Origin: Saprospiraceae bacterium
GTDB lineage: Bacteria > Bacteroidota > Bacteroidia > Chitinophagales > Saprospiraceae
NCBI GenBank assembly: GCA_018224445.1
Contig: JAGTVA010000046.1
Span: 1 to 62,629 of the forward strand
Direction of reading: 5' to 3'
Length of the DNA: 62,629 nt
Shown: positions 1 through 7,897 of the stretch, piece after piece
How positions within the stretch are numbered: position 1 is the stretch's first letter
Layout of the letters: the number at the start of each line of letters is the position of its first letter
Position numbers and translations under genes: made by a program
Notes under the pieces: generated by a model
What the model was told of the DNA's origin: nothing
Database searches by the model: none
The model's input: only the letters and a program-made list of their open reading frames with translations

Positions 1-350
1 AGAAACCTTTTTGCCTGATCTGAACTTTAACGCGAAGGTCACTGAGAGTCCTCTACATAACCATTCTTTTATGGGACCTTTTTAGATACATCATAGTCCG
101 AGCAAGACGTACTACTAACCACCTATTTTTGAACATCCACTATTTTTTTGTCCGCGACCTCTGCGTATACTTACCGCCCTTTGCGAGAAACCTTTTTCCC
201 TGATCTAAACTTTAACGCAGAGGTCACCGAGGGTCATCTACAAAGACAGTCTTTTGTTGAGCCATTTTTGATACATGAGAGTCTGGGCAAAATGTACGGG
301 TGCTAAATTATCAACCGACTTAATTTCAACAATCACTATGTTTTGTACCA
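1..350. repeat. Two tandem, diverged copies of a ~185-bp intergenic unit (copy A 1-185, copy B 186-~350); copy A may be cut by the window edge
   Basis: agaaacctttttgcctgatctgaactttaacgcgaaggtcactgagagtc (1-50) recurs as agaaacctttttccctgatctaaactttaacgcagaggtcaccgagggtc (186-235). Similarity continues further (tttttagatacatcatagtccgagcaa vs tttttgatacatgagagtctgggcaa). Confidence 0.8.
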
Positions 351-536
351 ACCCCTAACCAATATATTAGATTATCCAAAAAAAGTCAGGAGCCAAAAGC
401 TAAAATCCTCAATCAAATTACAACCTATTAACATTAAAGAAAAAATTAATCTGTATACAACTCTTAACAAAATGTTTAACTTGCAGATTTTGTGAAACTT
501 TTTTACCTTAAATTTTATTATATGTCTGAACGCATT

Positions 537-544
537 TATCTTTG
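537..544 (+). promoter_or_regulatory. Candidate Bacteroidota -7 promoter box (TAnnTTTG)
   Basis: tatctttg lies 16 nt upstream of the ATG at 560. Confidence 0.4.
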
Positions 545-559
545 CATAAATAATACACT

Positions 560-1564
560 ATGGCAAACGCATACTCCTCATTTCTATTTATTATTTTTCT
601 TATCCTTTGCCTTTCTACTACAGAAATCCGGTCTCAGAATGTGCCGAAGACCGTGACTGTAGAGCAGTTTTCCAATACGAGTTGTCCCAATTGCGCCAGT
701 CGAATTCCAGGGTTTTGGAATACCGCCTCAAACTTTGGAGACGATGTGTTGATTTTGTCCTTTTACTCCTCTTCCCCTTATCCTTCCTGCCCTTTGTATC
801 AGCAGGCCAAAAGTGTCAACGACCATAGAGTAGGTCACTACAACATACCCGGTTCGCCCATCCTTCATATCGATGGGGAGCGGGCGCCGTCCTCTATCTG
901 GAATACAGCTCAATCTACCCTCCAATCAATGGTAGGTCAGTCTACCCCGCTGGAGGTAAAAGCGAAAATTGAGCTCAACGAAAATAACATTCAAACTCAA
1001 ATCGATTTGATTCAGCATAGCGACTTCACCCCCCAGGAACAACTCGTACTTCAAGTCTTTTTGGTCGAGAAAAGTGTAACCGCCGGCAATCTGGGCAATT
1101 ATCAATCCCATCACAATGTGGTTAGGGCGCAATTCAGTTCAGGTGCCGGTAGCCACTATAATCCACAGGAGGGAACTCACCAAAAATTCTCCTACGACAT
1201 GGACATTCAGGGCAATTGGGATCAGGAAGACCTGGCTGTAATTGCTTTTGTCCAGGGTGCAAGTGGAGAGGTCTACAACTCAGACATGGGAGTACAAACT
1301 GCCAGTTCGGTAAACACGCGGGAAAAAAGGCAGGATTTTAAACTATTCCCCAATCCGGCCACAGATAAGGTAACTGTTGAAACTTTCGGCAGCCATACCA
1401 AAACCATCACAGTGTACAACCTGCTGGGTGCAACCATTTATACCAATACCTTCAGTGGAAATCAATACGAACTGCCTGTGAGCAACTTTCACCGCGGGGT
1501 TTACCTCGTTAGGGTAGAATCCAAAAATGTTCCCGCGAGAACTACCCGTTTAGTTTTAGAATAA
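560..1564 (+). CDS. Secreted T9SS cargo protein with an N-terminal Omp28-like/thioredoxin-like CxxC region and a type A C-terminal sorting domain
   Basis: Signal peptide MANAYSSFLFIIFLILCLSTTEIRSQ. VEQFSNTSCPNCA CxxC motif. C-terminus FPNPATDKVTVE...VYNLLGATIY...GVYLVRVES fits the T9SS type A sorting-domain pattern. Confidence 0.8.
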   Translation: MANAYSSFLFIIFLILCLSTTEIRSQNVPKTVTVEQFSNTSCPNCASRIPGFWNTASNFGDDVLILSFYSSSPYPSCPLYQQAKSVNDHRVGHYNIPGSPILHIDGERAPSSIWNTAQSTLQSMVGQSTPLEVKAKIELNENNIQTQIDLIQHSDFTPQEQLVLQVFLVEKSVTAGNLGNYQSHHNVVRAQFSSGAGSHYNPQEGTHQKFSYDMDIQGNWDQEDLAVIAFVQGASGEVYNSDMGVQTASSVNTREKRQDFKLFPNPATDKVTVETFGSHTKTITVYNLLGATIYTNTFSGNQYELPVSNFHRGVYLVRVESKNVPARTTRLVLE

Positions 1565-1585
1565 AAAATTTAATTTCTAGATTGA

Positions 1586-2200
1586 TCAACCAAAATAGTA
1601 ATCGGGAATCATCCATCCCGTGAGGATAAGGCTGACAATAATCCCCAAAATAAATGAAATCAGTGAGGGAATACCGCGCAACCTGGTACTTTCCCTGTAA
1701 GCACTAAACAGGAGACTGATCGTCCACACAAAGCACAACAACAACAAAATGGACACCAGTACCATCACCACACTCTCCCCAAACCCCGGCAGTTCTTCTC
1801 CTTCCATTCCCACTTCAATCAGATTTTCAGAAACCCCGTAAAGCCAGCCGTTAAAATTGAGAAACGGTAGAAATACTATCGGTCCCCTGGCTACCAAAAA
1901 GCCACCCGTCATATTCAGAATGTGAATCTTCCTCGCCCCGAATATATACGCGATCAGGTAAAAAACTACTACCGCAATTAAAATCCCTAAAATCTGGTCA
2001 AAAAACCCGGACAACCAATGTACCGACTCCACATATTGCCAGGTAAATATCCCCGGGTACCGCACCTCCCCAAATACAGATCCTACACTACCGATTACCA
2101 AAAACACAAGACCGATGGCTAAGGCACGCATTCCCTTTAGCCTTCGGAAAGGATTCCAATAAACTGAAACTACTTGTGTGTGGTGGTCCTTTGAATCCAT
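1586..2200 (-). CDS. Multi-pass integral membrane protein (Yip1-like topology), function unknown
   Basis: 204-aa ORF with about 5 hydrophobic segments (ALAIGLVFLVIGSVGSVF, ILGILIAVVVFYLIAYIF, VVMVLVSILLLLCFVW, LISFILGIIVSLILTGW). Convergent with the 560-1564 gene. Confidence 0.55.
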   Translation of the reverse strand: MDSKDHHTQVVSVYWNPFRRLKGMRALAIGLVFLVIGSVGSVFGEVRYPGIFTWQYVESVHWLSGFFDQILGILIAVVVFYLIAYIFGARKIHILNMTGGFLVARGPIVFLPFLNFNGWLYGVSENLIEVGMEGEELPGFGESVVMVLVSILLLLCFVWTISLLFSAYRESTRLRGIPSLISFILGIIVSLILTGWMIPDYYFG

Positions 2201-2462
2201 ATTTAAAAAATTTGTACCCGGCTATCCCATTCGAGAACTCCATTTCTGCCTGAATAGCCACGCATTGAAATGGTCGGATATCATATCACAATAAAGGTAA
2301 AAAATAAAACGATTCACACCTAAGACCCATCCACATTTTTCCGAATTTCTCTGATTCCTTTAGGTTGATCTTCTTTTAATTCCCCCAGAGTCATTGCTAA
2401 GGTCTCATTTTCATCTCGGGTATCAATCTGTGAAAATCTGTGGTGAAATAAAATGATAGTAA

Positions 2463-2643
2463 TCCTTTATAATTCACCGTGAATTATTTTTAAACGAATC
2501 GGTAATAATGAATAACCATTTGCATACTATAGTGATCCTGAGAAATACAAACAAATCGATCGATTGGGAAATTTGGGAATGCAGCTTCGCACGGCCGTGC
2601 GAAGCAACGTTCCAGAAGACCGTGCGAAACAACGTTTCAAATG
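2463..2643 (+). pseudogene. Truncated, degenerate copy of the internal segment of the adjacent Y1 (RAYT/IS200-like) transposase gene
   Basis: tcctttataattcaccgtgaattatttttaaacgaatcggtaataatgaataaccatttgcatactatagtgatcctgag aligns with gene positions ~3071-3150. It would encode ...HLHTIVILRNT... but has no start codon and carries indels. Confidence 0.7.
2585..2604. repeat. Perfect 20-bp palindrome (cttcgcacgg/ccgtgcgaag), a candidate REP-like hairpin
   Basis: Read directly: left arm 2585-2594 is the exact reverse complement of right arm 2595-2604. It is followed by two tandem 25-nt units, cgtgcgaagcaacgttccagaagac (2596-2620) and cgtgcgaaacaacgtttcaaatgaa (2621-2645). Confidence 0.85.
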
Positions 2644-2880
2644 AAAAAAACCCATAAAATTTAGAGAAATTTACCTGTATTAAGGGAGAATTTATTATTT
2701 TGGGTCGAGGGAAATCCAGTTACATTAAAATGAACAGATAGGTGAATTGGAGATACAAGAATCGGTTTTGAATCCTCGGGTTATGGAAAACAAATACATA
2801 ATTTCGGTTTAAAACCGTCGAATTAGAAGGATTTAGAAAAAAGGCCGGATTAAAAAGATTATAAATAAAAGAAATCCACC

Positions 2881-3498
2881 GTGACCGAAAAATTCAGAAA
2901 AAAATATCGGAAAGGGTCGATGAGAATGCCGGGATGGAATTATTCTGACAATGGGTATTATTACATCACATTAGTCACCCAAAATCGGGAATGCAATTTA
3001 GGGCGTATCGTAAAGGGGAAAATGACGTATTCAGATTTTGGACGGATTGTAAAACAAGAATGGTTAAAGTCCTTTGAAATTCGCCATGAATTATTTTTAA
3101 ACCAATGGGTGATAATGCCTAATCATTTGCACGCCATAGTGATTCTGAAAAATACCAAAAAATCTAACGACGGTGAAATTGGGGATGGTGCGAAGCAACG
3201 TTCCAACCGGTCCAACCATTCCAACGATCTCGGTCAATCCCCACCATCCAAATTGGTTCGGTCCCCTAAATCCATATCGTCATTCGTGGGAGGATTCAAA
3301 TCGGCGGTCAATTCAAAAATCAACGATTACATCGACGCCCATCAATTGAAGATTCCAAAATACAACCGCAAGAACCATTTTTTTCAAAATAATTACCACG
3401 ATCACATTATTCGAAACCAGGAGGAATACATCAGGATAAAATATTACATTATCAACAACCCAGGAAACTGGGAAGGGGACAATATGATAGGAGGGTAA
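2881..3498 (+). CDS. IS200-like Y1 (HUH) transposase, REP-associated tyrosine transposase (RAYT)-like
   Basis: HUH motif in MPNHLHAIVIL. C-terminal YHDHIIRNQEEYIRIKYYIINNPGNW (catalytic Tyr region) is typical of the Y1_Tnp/RAYT family. GTG start; 205 aa. Confidence 0.8.
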   Translation: MTEKFRKKYRKGSMRMPGWNYSDNGYYYITLVTQNRECNLGRIVKGKMTYSDFGRIVKQEWLKSFEIRHELFLNQWVIMPNHLHAIVILKNTKKSNDGEIGDGAKQRSNRSNHSNDLGQSPPSKLVRSPKSISSFVGGFKSAVNSKINDYIDAHQLKIPKYNRKNHFFQNNYHDHIIRNQEEYIRIKYYIINNPGNWEGDNMIGG

Positions 3499-3620
3499 TT
3501 GGAATTGCACGCTATAGTGATTCTGAAAAATACAAACAAATCTGTCGATGGGATAATTTTGGGATGGTGGGGATGCAGAAATCAACGTCCCAGAAGGTCG
3601 TGCGAAGCAACGTTCCAAAC
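3499..3620 (+). pseudogene. Second truncated copy of the RAYT internal segment, starting directly after the stop codon of the intact gene
   Basis: ggaattgcacgctatagtgattctgaaaaatacaaacaaatctgtcgatggg... aligns with gene ~3118-3215 and with the upstream fragment. It would encode ELHAIVILKNTNKSVDG. Confidence 0.7.
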
Positions 3621-4010
3621 ACACCGTATAACCTTTATCCACCCCCTTCCAAATCCTGCCCATCCCGTAATCAAATAAATCGTGTGCAAACTACTCCACC
3701 TCTTCCCAGCCACCCTTTTCCATCAAAAATTACCTAATAATCAATAAAATAATGAGGATTCATTCGGTTTTATCGAAAATTTTGTAAGTTTATGGTGTGA
3801 ATTCTAGCAGCGCAGTTAAAGCCAGTTTCGTGACATAGGTTGGAGGTAAATTGCAGTTGCTGATCAATAAAGTAATAACATTTGTAGCTACAATCATATT
3901 TTCTATCTGGGAGTGGCAGTTGATTCGGGTTATCCCATTGATTGAGAATTCCCGATAGGGCCTATCGTTTCACCCCCTCCCTGGAAAACATACAAATTAA
4001 TTTCAAAGCT

Positions 4011-4319
4011 ATGGAAAGCAAAAACAATCAAAGTATATTTTCAAAACTATCGTTTATTAATTCATTGGCCTTATTGGGAATTATGAGTTACTTTATAATG
4101 AGAATTCCAAGTGTAATTAAAGCAAGCGAAGGGCTTCCTGAACCGTCATTGCTATTGATAATTGCAACACATTTATTATGTGTGACGGGATTACTGATGA
4201 CCATACTGAGCTTTACAAAGAAAGAACCTTCAACCTGGTTCAAATGGGTTGGAGCCATTTTAAATGGAATAATATTTTTACTAATTGAAGGCTCTGCAAT
4301 TTTTGCTTTAGTAATTTAA
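4011..4319 (+). CDS. Small membrane protein, function unknown
   Basis: ATG at 4011 (MESKNNQSIF) followed by three hydrophobic helices (LALLGIMSYFIM, LLLIIATHLLCVTGLLMTIL, ILNGIIFLLIEGSAIFALVI). The ORF upstream extension from 3942 is unlikely to be coding. Confidence 0.5.
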   Translation: MESKNNQSIFSKLSFINSLALLGIMSYFIMRIPSVIKASEGLPEPSLLLIIATHLLCVTGLLMTILSFTKKEPSTWFKWVGAILNGIIFLLIEGSAIFALVI

Positions 4320-4427
4320 TCACAGCCATGCATAGTCTTTTTTCCCGACAACCCTACCCTCGAAACAATTTTAAAGATTACTAAAAGTAGGAAATGGATT
4401 ATCCATTCCGGAATTTTACCTCCCTCT

Positions 4428-4437
4428 CCCCCCCCCC
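4428..4437. repeat. C10 homopolymer tract (G10 on the minus strand) in an intergenic region
   Basis: tccctctcccccccccctca read directly, about 80 nt upstream of the arsR start. Confidence 0.9.
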
Positions 4438-4493
4438 TCAAAAATAATCCATAAAAAAACTACCAAATATTTTTTTATTCTCACACTCCATCG

Positions 4494-4506
4494 TAATATT
4501 GCAATA
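4494..4506 (+). promoter_or_regulatory. Near-consensus -7 box (taatattg) overlapping a perfect 10-bp palindrome (tattgcaata); candidate ars promoter and ArsR operator
   Basis: The palindrome at 4497-4506 lies 12 nt upstream of the arsR ATG. ArsR/SmtB repressors typically bind dyads overlapping their own promoter. Confidence 0.3.
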
Positions 4507-4517
4507 AATAAATAACT

Positions 4518-4847
4518 ATGGGAGTCACTCGTACGGATTTGTATCAAAAAGACCAGTTGGAACTGGCTGAAATTTCCCGGGCACTGGGGCATCCGGCCCG
4601 CATTGCCATACTGCAGTTTCTCCTTTCGAGCGACCGCTGTATCACCGGCGATCTGGTGACTGAGATCGGTTTGGCACAGCCGACCATTTCGCAACATTTA
4701 AAGGTCTTAAAGGACCTTGGAATCATTCAGGGCAATATTGAGGGCAGCTCGGTCTGCTATTGTATTGATCCCCTGAGATGGACAGAAATGGAGAGTCTTT
4801 TTAATGAATTTTTTGGAAAAATGACCTCTGTGATGAGGTGCTGTTAA
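4518..4847 (+). CDS. arsR: ArsR/SmtB-family metalloregulatory transcriptional repressor
   Basis: ELAEISRALGHPARIAILQFL winged-HTH signature, plus Cys residues (SSDRCITGDL and C-terminal MRCC). First gene of the ars cluster. Confidence 0.85.
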   Translation: MGVTRTDLYQKDQLELAEISRALGHPARIAILQFLLSSDRCITGDLVTEIGLAQPTISQHLKVLKDLGIIQGNIEGSSVCYCIDPLRWTEMESLFNEFFGKMTSVMRCC

Positions 4848-4865
4848 CACAAATAAACTACAACT

Positions 4866-5711
4866 ATGAATACTAAAGATTTAGAGACCAAAGACATGGT
4901 CAGAAAAAAATACGCCGAAATAGCCGGGCAGGACCAACTGACCAATGCCTCTTCCTGCTGTGGTGCGGGAGGTTGTTCTACGGAAGTGTACAACATCATG
5001 ACGGACGATTACAGTCACCTGGAAGGCTACCAATCGGATGCGGATCTCGGACTGGGATGTGGATTGCCCACCGAATTCGCTCTCATCAAAAAGGGAGATA
5101 CGGTAGTAGATCTCGGATCGGGTGCGGGCAACGATTGCTTTGTGGCGCGGCACGAAACGGGACCGGAGGGCAAGGTCATCGGCATTGACTTCACTCCTGA
5201 AATGGTTGCCAAAGCCAGGCAAAACGCCGATAAACTCGGGTTTAACAATGTGGAATTCCGGGAGGGCGATATTGAGTCCATGCCTTTGGCCGGCGAAGTA
5301 GCGGATGTAGTTGTCAGCAATTGCGTGCTGAATCTGATACCGAATAAAAAAGCTGCTTTTTCTGAAGTATTTCGCATCCTCAAGCCGGGTGGTCATTTCA
5401 GCATTTCGGATATCGTACTGACTAAAAAATTGCCCTCCAAATTGATAAGTGCTGCGGAGATGTACGCCGGTTGTGTTTCGGGCGCTGTGCTCAAAAATGA
5501 GTATTTGACCGGCATTGAGCAGGCGGGCTTTGAATCGGTGCAAATTCAAAAGGAAAAGCCCATTGTCATCCCGCGGGATATTCTGAGCAATTATTTGGAT
5601 GAGAGGGAGGTGGAAGAATTCCTAAAAAGTGAACATTTTATTTACAGCATCACTGTTTTTGGAAAAAAACCACAGAGCACTGCATGCACTCCCGGAGGAG
5701 GCTGCTGTTAA
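4866..5711 (+). CDS. arsM: Arsenite S-adenosylmethionine methyltransferase
   Basis: SAM motif I VVDLGSGAGNDCF. N-terminal SSCCGAGGCS. Conserved Cys contexts SNCVLNLIP and YAGCVSGA. Cys-rich C-terminus CTPGGGCC. Located within the ars operon. Confidence 0.85.
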   Translation: MNTKDLETKDMVRKKYAEIAGQDQLTNASSCCGAGGCSTEVYNIMTDDYSHLEGYQSDADLGLGCGLPTEFALIKKGDTVVDLGSGAGNDCFVARHETGPEGKVIGIDFTPEMVAKARQNADKLGFNNVEFREGDIESMPLAGEVADVVVSNCVLNLIPNKKAAFSEVFRILKPGGHFSISDIVLTKKLPSKLISAAEMYAGCVSGAVLKNEYLTGIEQAGFESVQIQKEKPIVIPRDILSNYLDEREVEEFLKSEHFIYSITVFGKKPQSTACTPGGGCC

Positions 5712-5721
5712 TCATCACACT

Positions 5722-6333
5722 ATGACCACTAATTTGTCTCAATTTATTTCGGATTTGTCCCTGCAATCCATAGCCGAAGAACGCAAAAAGGTGTTAGATC
5801 ACCTCATTGAGGAGTGCAGAGCGCATTTGCAAAAACACCAACCGCTCCACCTTAATTTTATTTGCACCCACAACTCAAGGAGAAGCCAAATGGCTCAAAT
5901 ATGGGCGTGGGTATCTTCTGTACACTACGGGCTTCCCTCTATCCGGTGCTTTTCCGGTGGAACCGAGGTCACGCAGTTTAATCTCCGTGCGGTGCAATCG
6001 CTGCAAAACTGTGGTCTGCTAATCGACACCGCGAGCGAGAGAGAAAACCCCCAATACGAAGTGCGGATGGAGAAGGGAGGACAGGCGTTGCTGTGTTTTT
6101 CCAAACATTTCGATCATCGGATGATTCCAAAACCCTATATCGCCATCATGGTGTGTTCCCATGCAGAGCAAAACTGTCCTTTTATTCCGGATGCATTGGC
6201 GCGATATGCCCTGCCCTTTGAAGATCCGGGTCAATCAGACGGTACGGGAAAGGAAGAGGAAACTTACCGGGCGAGTTGCCGGGAAATTGCGAGAGAAATG
6301 CTTTACTTTGTAAAAGGGCTCCTTTCAAAATAA
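5722..6333 (+). CDS. arsC: Arsenate reductase of the low-molecular-weight phosphatase (thioredoxin-coupled) type, with a ~40-aa N-terminal extension
   Basis: P-loop CTHNSRRS (CX5R-S). Downstream Cys pair VCSHAEQNC (C-x6-C), as in pI258-type ArsC. ATG at 5722 is preferred over the overlapping upstream ORF start at 5629. Confidence 0.75.
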   Translation: MTTNLSQFISDLSLQSIAEERKKVLDHLIEECRAHLQKHQPLHLNFICTHNSRRSQMAQIWAWVSSVHYGLPSIRCFSGGTEVTQFNLRAVQSLQNCGLLIDTASERENPQYEVRMEKGGQALLCFSKHFDHRMIPKPYIAIMVCSHAEQNCPFIPDALARYALPFEDPGQSDGTGKEEETYRASCREIAREMLYFVKGLLSK

Positions 6334-6356
6334 TTTTTTTCTACAAACATCTGTAA

Positions 6357-7394
6357 ATGAATAACACGAGCAAACAAATCGGATTTTTTGAAAAATATCT
6401 CACCCTCTGGGTAATCCTGTGCATAGGAGTTGGCATATTGATCGGCAAACTTATGGGAGAAAGGATGGAGGTCATCACCTCTCTGGAAATACATCAGGTA
6501 AATATTCCCGTGGCCATTCTGATCTGGCTGATGATCTATCCCATGATGCTTCAAATCGATTTCAGCTCACTGAAAAACATTGGCAAAGGCGACAATGCCA
6601 AGGGATTGGGATTGACCGTGGTAGTAAACTGGCTGATCAAGCCCTTTACCATGGCCTTTTTTGCCTGGTTGTTTTTCTCGCACCTATACAGTGCGTGGAT
6701 TACCCCTGAAGAGGCCGATCAGTTTATTGCCGGGGCCATTTTGCTCGGAGCGGCCCCCTGTACAGCTATGGTTTTTGTCTGGTCCTATTTGTCTGATGGA
6801 GACCCCAATTACACGCTGGTGCAGGTATCCATCAACGACCTAATCTTGTTGATCGCCTTTGTTCCACTGGTACAGTTTTTACTGGGCATCACAGACCTGA
6901 CCGTGCCCTACGGAGTGCTCATTACATCGGTCCTGGTTTTTATTTTTATCCCCTTATTGGCGGCCTACATCACCAACGAAGTGGTCATACGGAAAAGGGG
7001 GAAAGAATGGTACACCCAGAGTTTCATTCCCTGGTTCAAACCCTATTCCATTGCAGCTCTTTTACTCACCCTGGTCCTTCTGTTTGCTTTTCAGGGGGAG
7101 CAAATCCTCTCACATCCCCTGATGATTATACTCATTGCGATTCCCCTGATTATACAGACTTACTTCATTTTCTTTTTGGCCTGGTATTCCGGTAAATTTA
7201 TGAGTCTCCCCTATCGCATTTGTGCGCCGGGATCCATGATTGGAGCGAGTAATTTCTTCGAGCTGGCTGTAGCGGTGGCCATTGTATTGTTCGGGATTAA
7301 CTCCGGGGCGGCCCTGGTTACGGTGGTCGGAGTGTTGATTGAAGTACCGGTTATGCTTTCTCTCGTCCAATACGCGAAGAAGAAAAGGTATTGA
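6357..7394 (+). CDS. acr3: ACR3-family arsenite efflux permease
   Basis: IGFFEKYLTLWVILCIGVGILIG N-terminus. Conserved LLGAAPCTAMVFVWS Cys motif. FFELAVAVAI Glu motif. About 10 TM segments. Confidence 0.9.
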   Translation: MNNTSKQIGFFEKYLTLWVILCIGVGILIGKLMGERMEVITSLEIHQVNIPVAILIWLMIYPMMLQIDFSSLKNIGKGDNAKGLGLTVVVNWLIKPFTMAFFAWLFFSHLYSAWITPEEADQFIAGAILLGAAPCTAMVFVWSYLSDGDPNYTLVQVSINDLILLIAFVPLVQFLLGITDLTVPYGVLITSVLVFIFIPLLAAYITNEVVIRKRGKEWYTQSFIPWFKPYSIAALLLTLVLLFAFQGEQILSHPLMIILIAIPLIIQTYFIFFLAWYSGKFMSLPYRICAPGSMIGASNFFELAVAVAIVLFGINSGAALVTVVGVLIEVPVMLSLVQYAKKKRY

Positions 7395-7434
7395 GATATG
7401 AGATATGAGATATGAGTTATGAGTTATGAGTTAT
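7393..7434. repeat. Heptanucleotide microsatellite (GAGATAT)x3 (GAGTTAT)x3 overlapping the acr3 stop codon
   Basis: Read directly: six perfect 7-bp units. Two more units (gagatat gagatac) lie at 8995-9008 on the other side of the IS element. Confidence 0.9.
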
Positions 7435-7510
7435 GAAAGTGGATTTGCCCAAATTTACTTGACAAATATAAAGGTTTATATAAACCTCGAAAACGCAAGT
7501 AACTTTGAAT

Positions 7511-7897
7511 ATGAAAAAGACAATACAAAACCCGAAAATTGACCAATTAAATGCCCCTGGAAAAGAGATCCGCCACTTTTCCAAAGAGGTCAGGCAGCAA
7601 ATTGTTAAAGAGGTGGAAAAAGGATTGAGTAAAGCAGAGGCTGCACGAAAGTATGGAGTGAGCCAGACGACGATTTACAAGTGGATCAGGAAGTATTCAA
7701 AAGCCTATCGCCCTGGTTTAATAAAGGTGGTAGAACATGCAAGTCAGAGCAATAAAATCAAGCTTCTGGAGGAAGAATTGATTCAAACTCTTGCTCATGT
7801 AGGTAAGTTACAGTTAAAGCTTTCCTACTGGGAGGAACTGATTAAAAAGGCAGAGAAAGACCTTGGTATTGATCTAAAAAAAAATACCGGCTTATGA
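7511..7897 (+). CDS. IS3-family transposase OrfA (HTH plus leucine-zipper-like region)
   Basis: LSKAEAARKYGVSQTTIYKWIRKY HTH, followed by a heptad-like LLEEELIQTLAHVGKLQLKL. ATG at 7511 (a TTG at 7505 is also possible). Confidence 0.85.
   Translation: MKKTIQNPKIDQLNAPGKEIRHFSKEVRQQIVKEVEKGLSKAEAARKYGVSQTTIYKWIRKYSKAYRPGLIKVVEHASQSNKIKLLEEELIQTLAHVGKLQLKLSYWEELIKKAEKDLGIDLKKNTGL
7876..7882 (+). promoter_or_regulatory. Candidate -1 programmed ribosomal frameshift slippery heptamer A_AAA_AAA
   Basis: A 9-nt A run at 7876-7884 near the end of orfA. The orfB frame (7894 frame) is -1 relative to orfA and is open from the slip site (..KKYRLMTLFY..). Confidence 0.6.

Noticed and set aside
2596-2645. 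Tandem 25-nt units near the RAYT gene as a possible mini-CRISPR array
   Set aside because: There are only two directly abutting units with no spacers, no cas genes and degenerate copies. They fit REP/transposase-end repeats better.
2463-3620. Three ~130-bp near-copies as a DGR template/variable repeat set
   Set aside because: Differences among the copies include indels and substitutions at all four bases, not adenine-specific changes. No reverse transcriptase gene is present in the window.
3313-3663. 116-aa minus-strand ORF overlapping the RAYT 3' end and the downstream fragment
   Set aside because: It is antisense to a motif-supported gene and to its repeat copy. It is a likely shadow ORF.
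4881-5549. 222-aa ORF antisense to arsM
   Set aside because: The sense frame carries clear SAM-methyltransferase and ArsM cysteine motifs. The antisense product is Arg/Phe-rich with no motif. It is a typical shadow ORF in a GC-richer gene.
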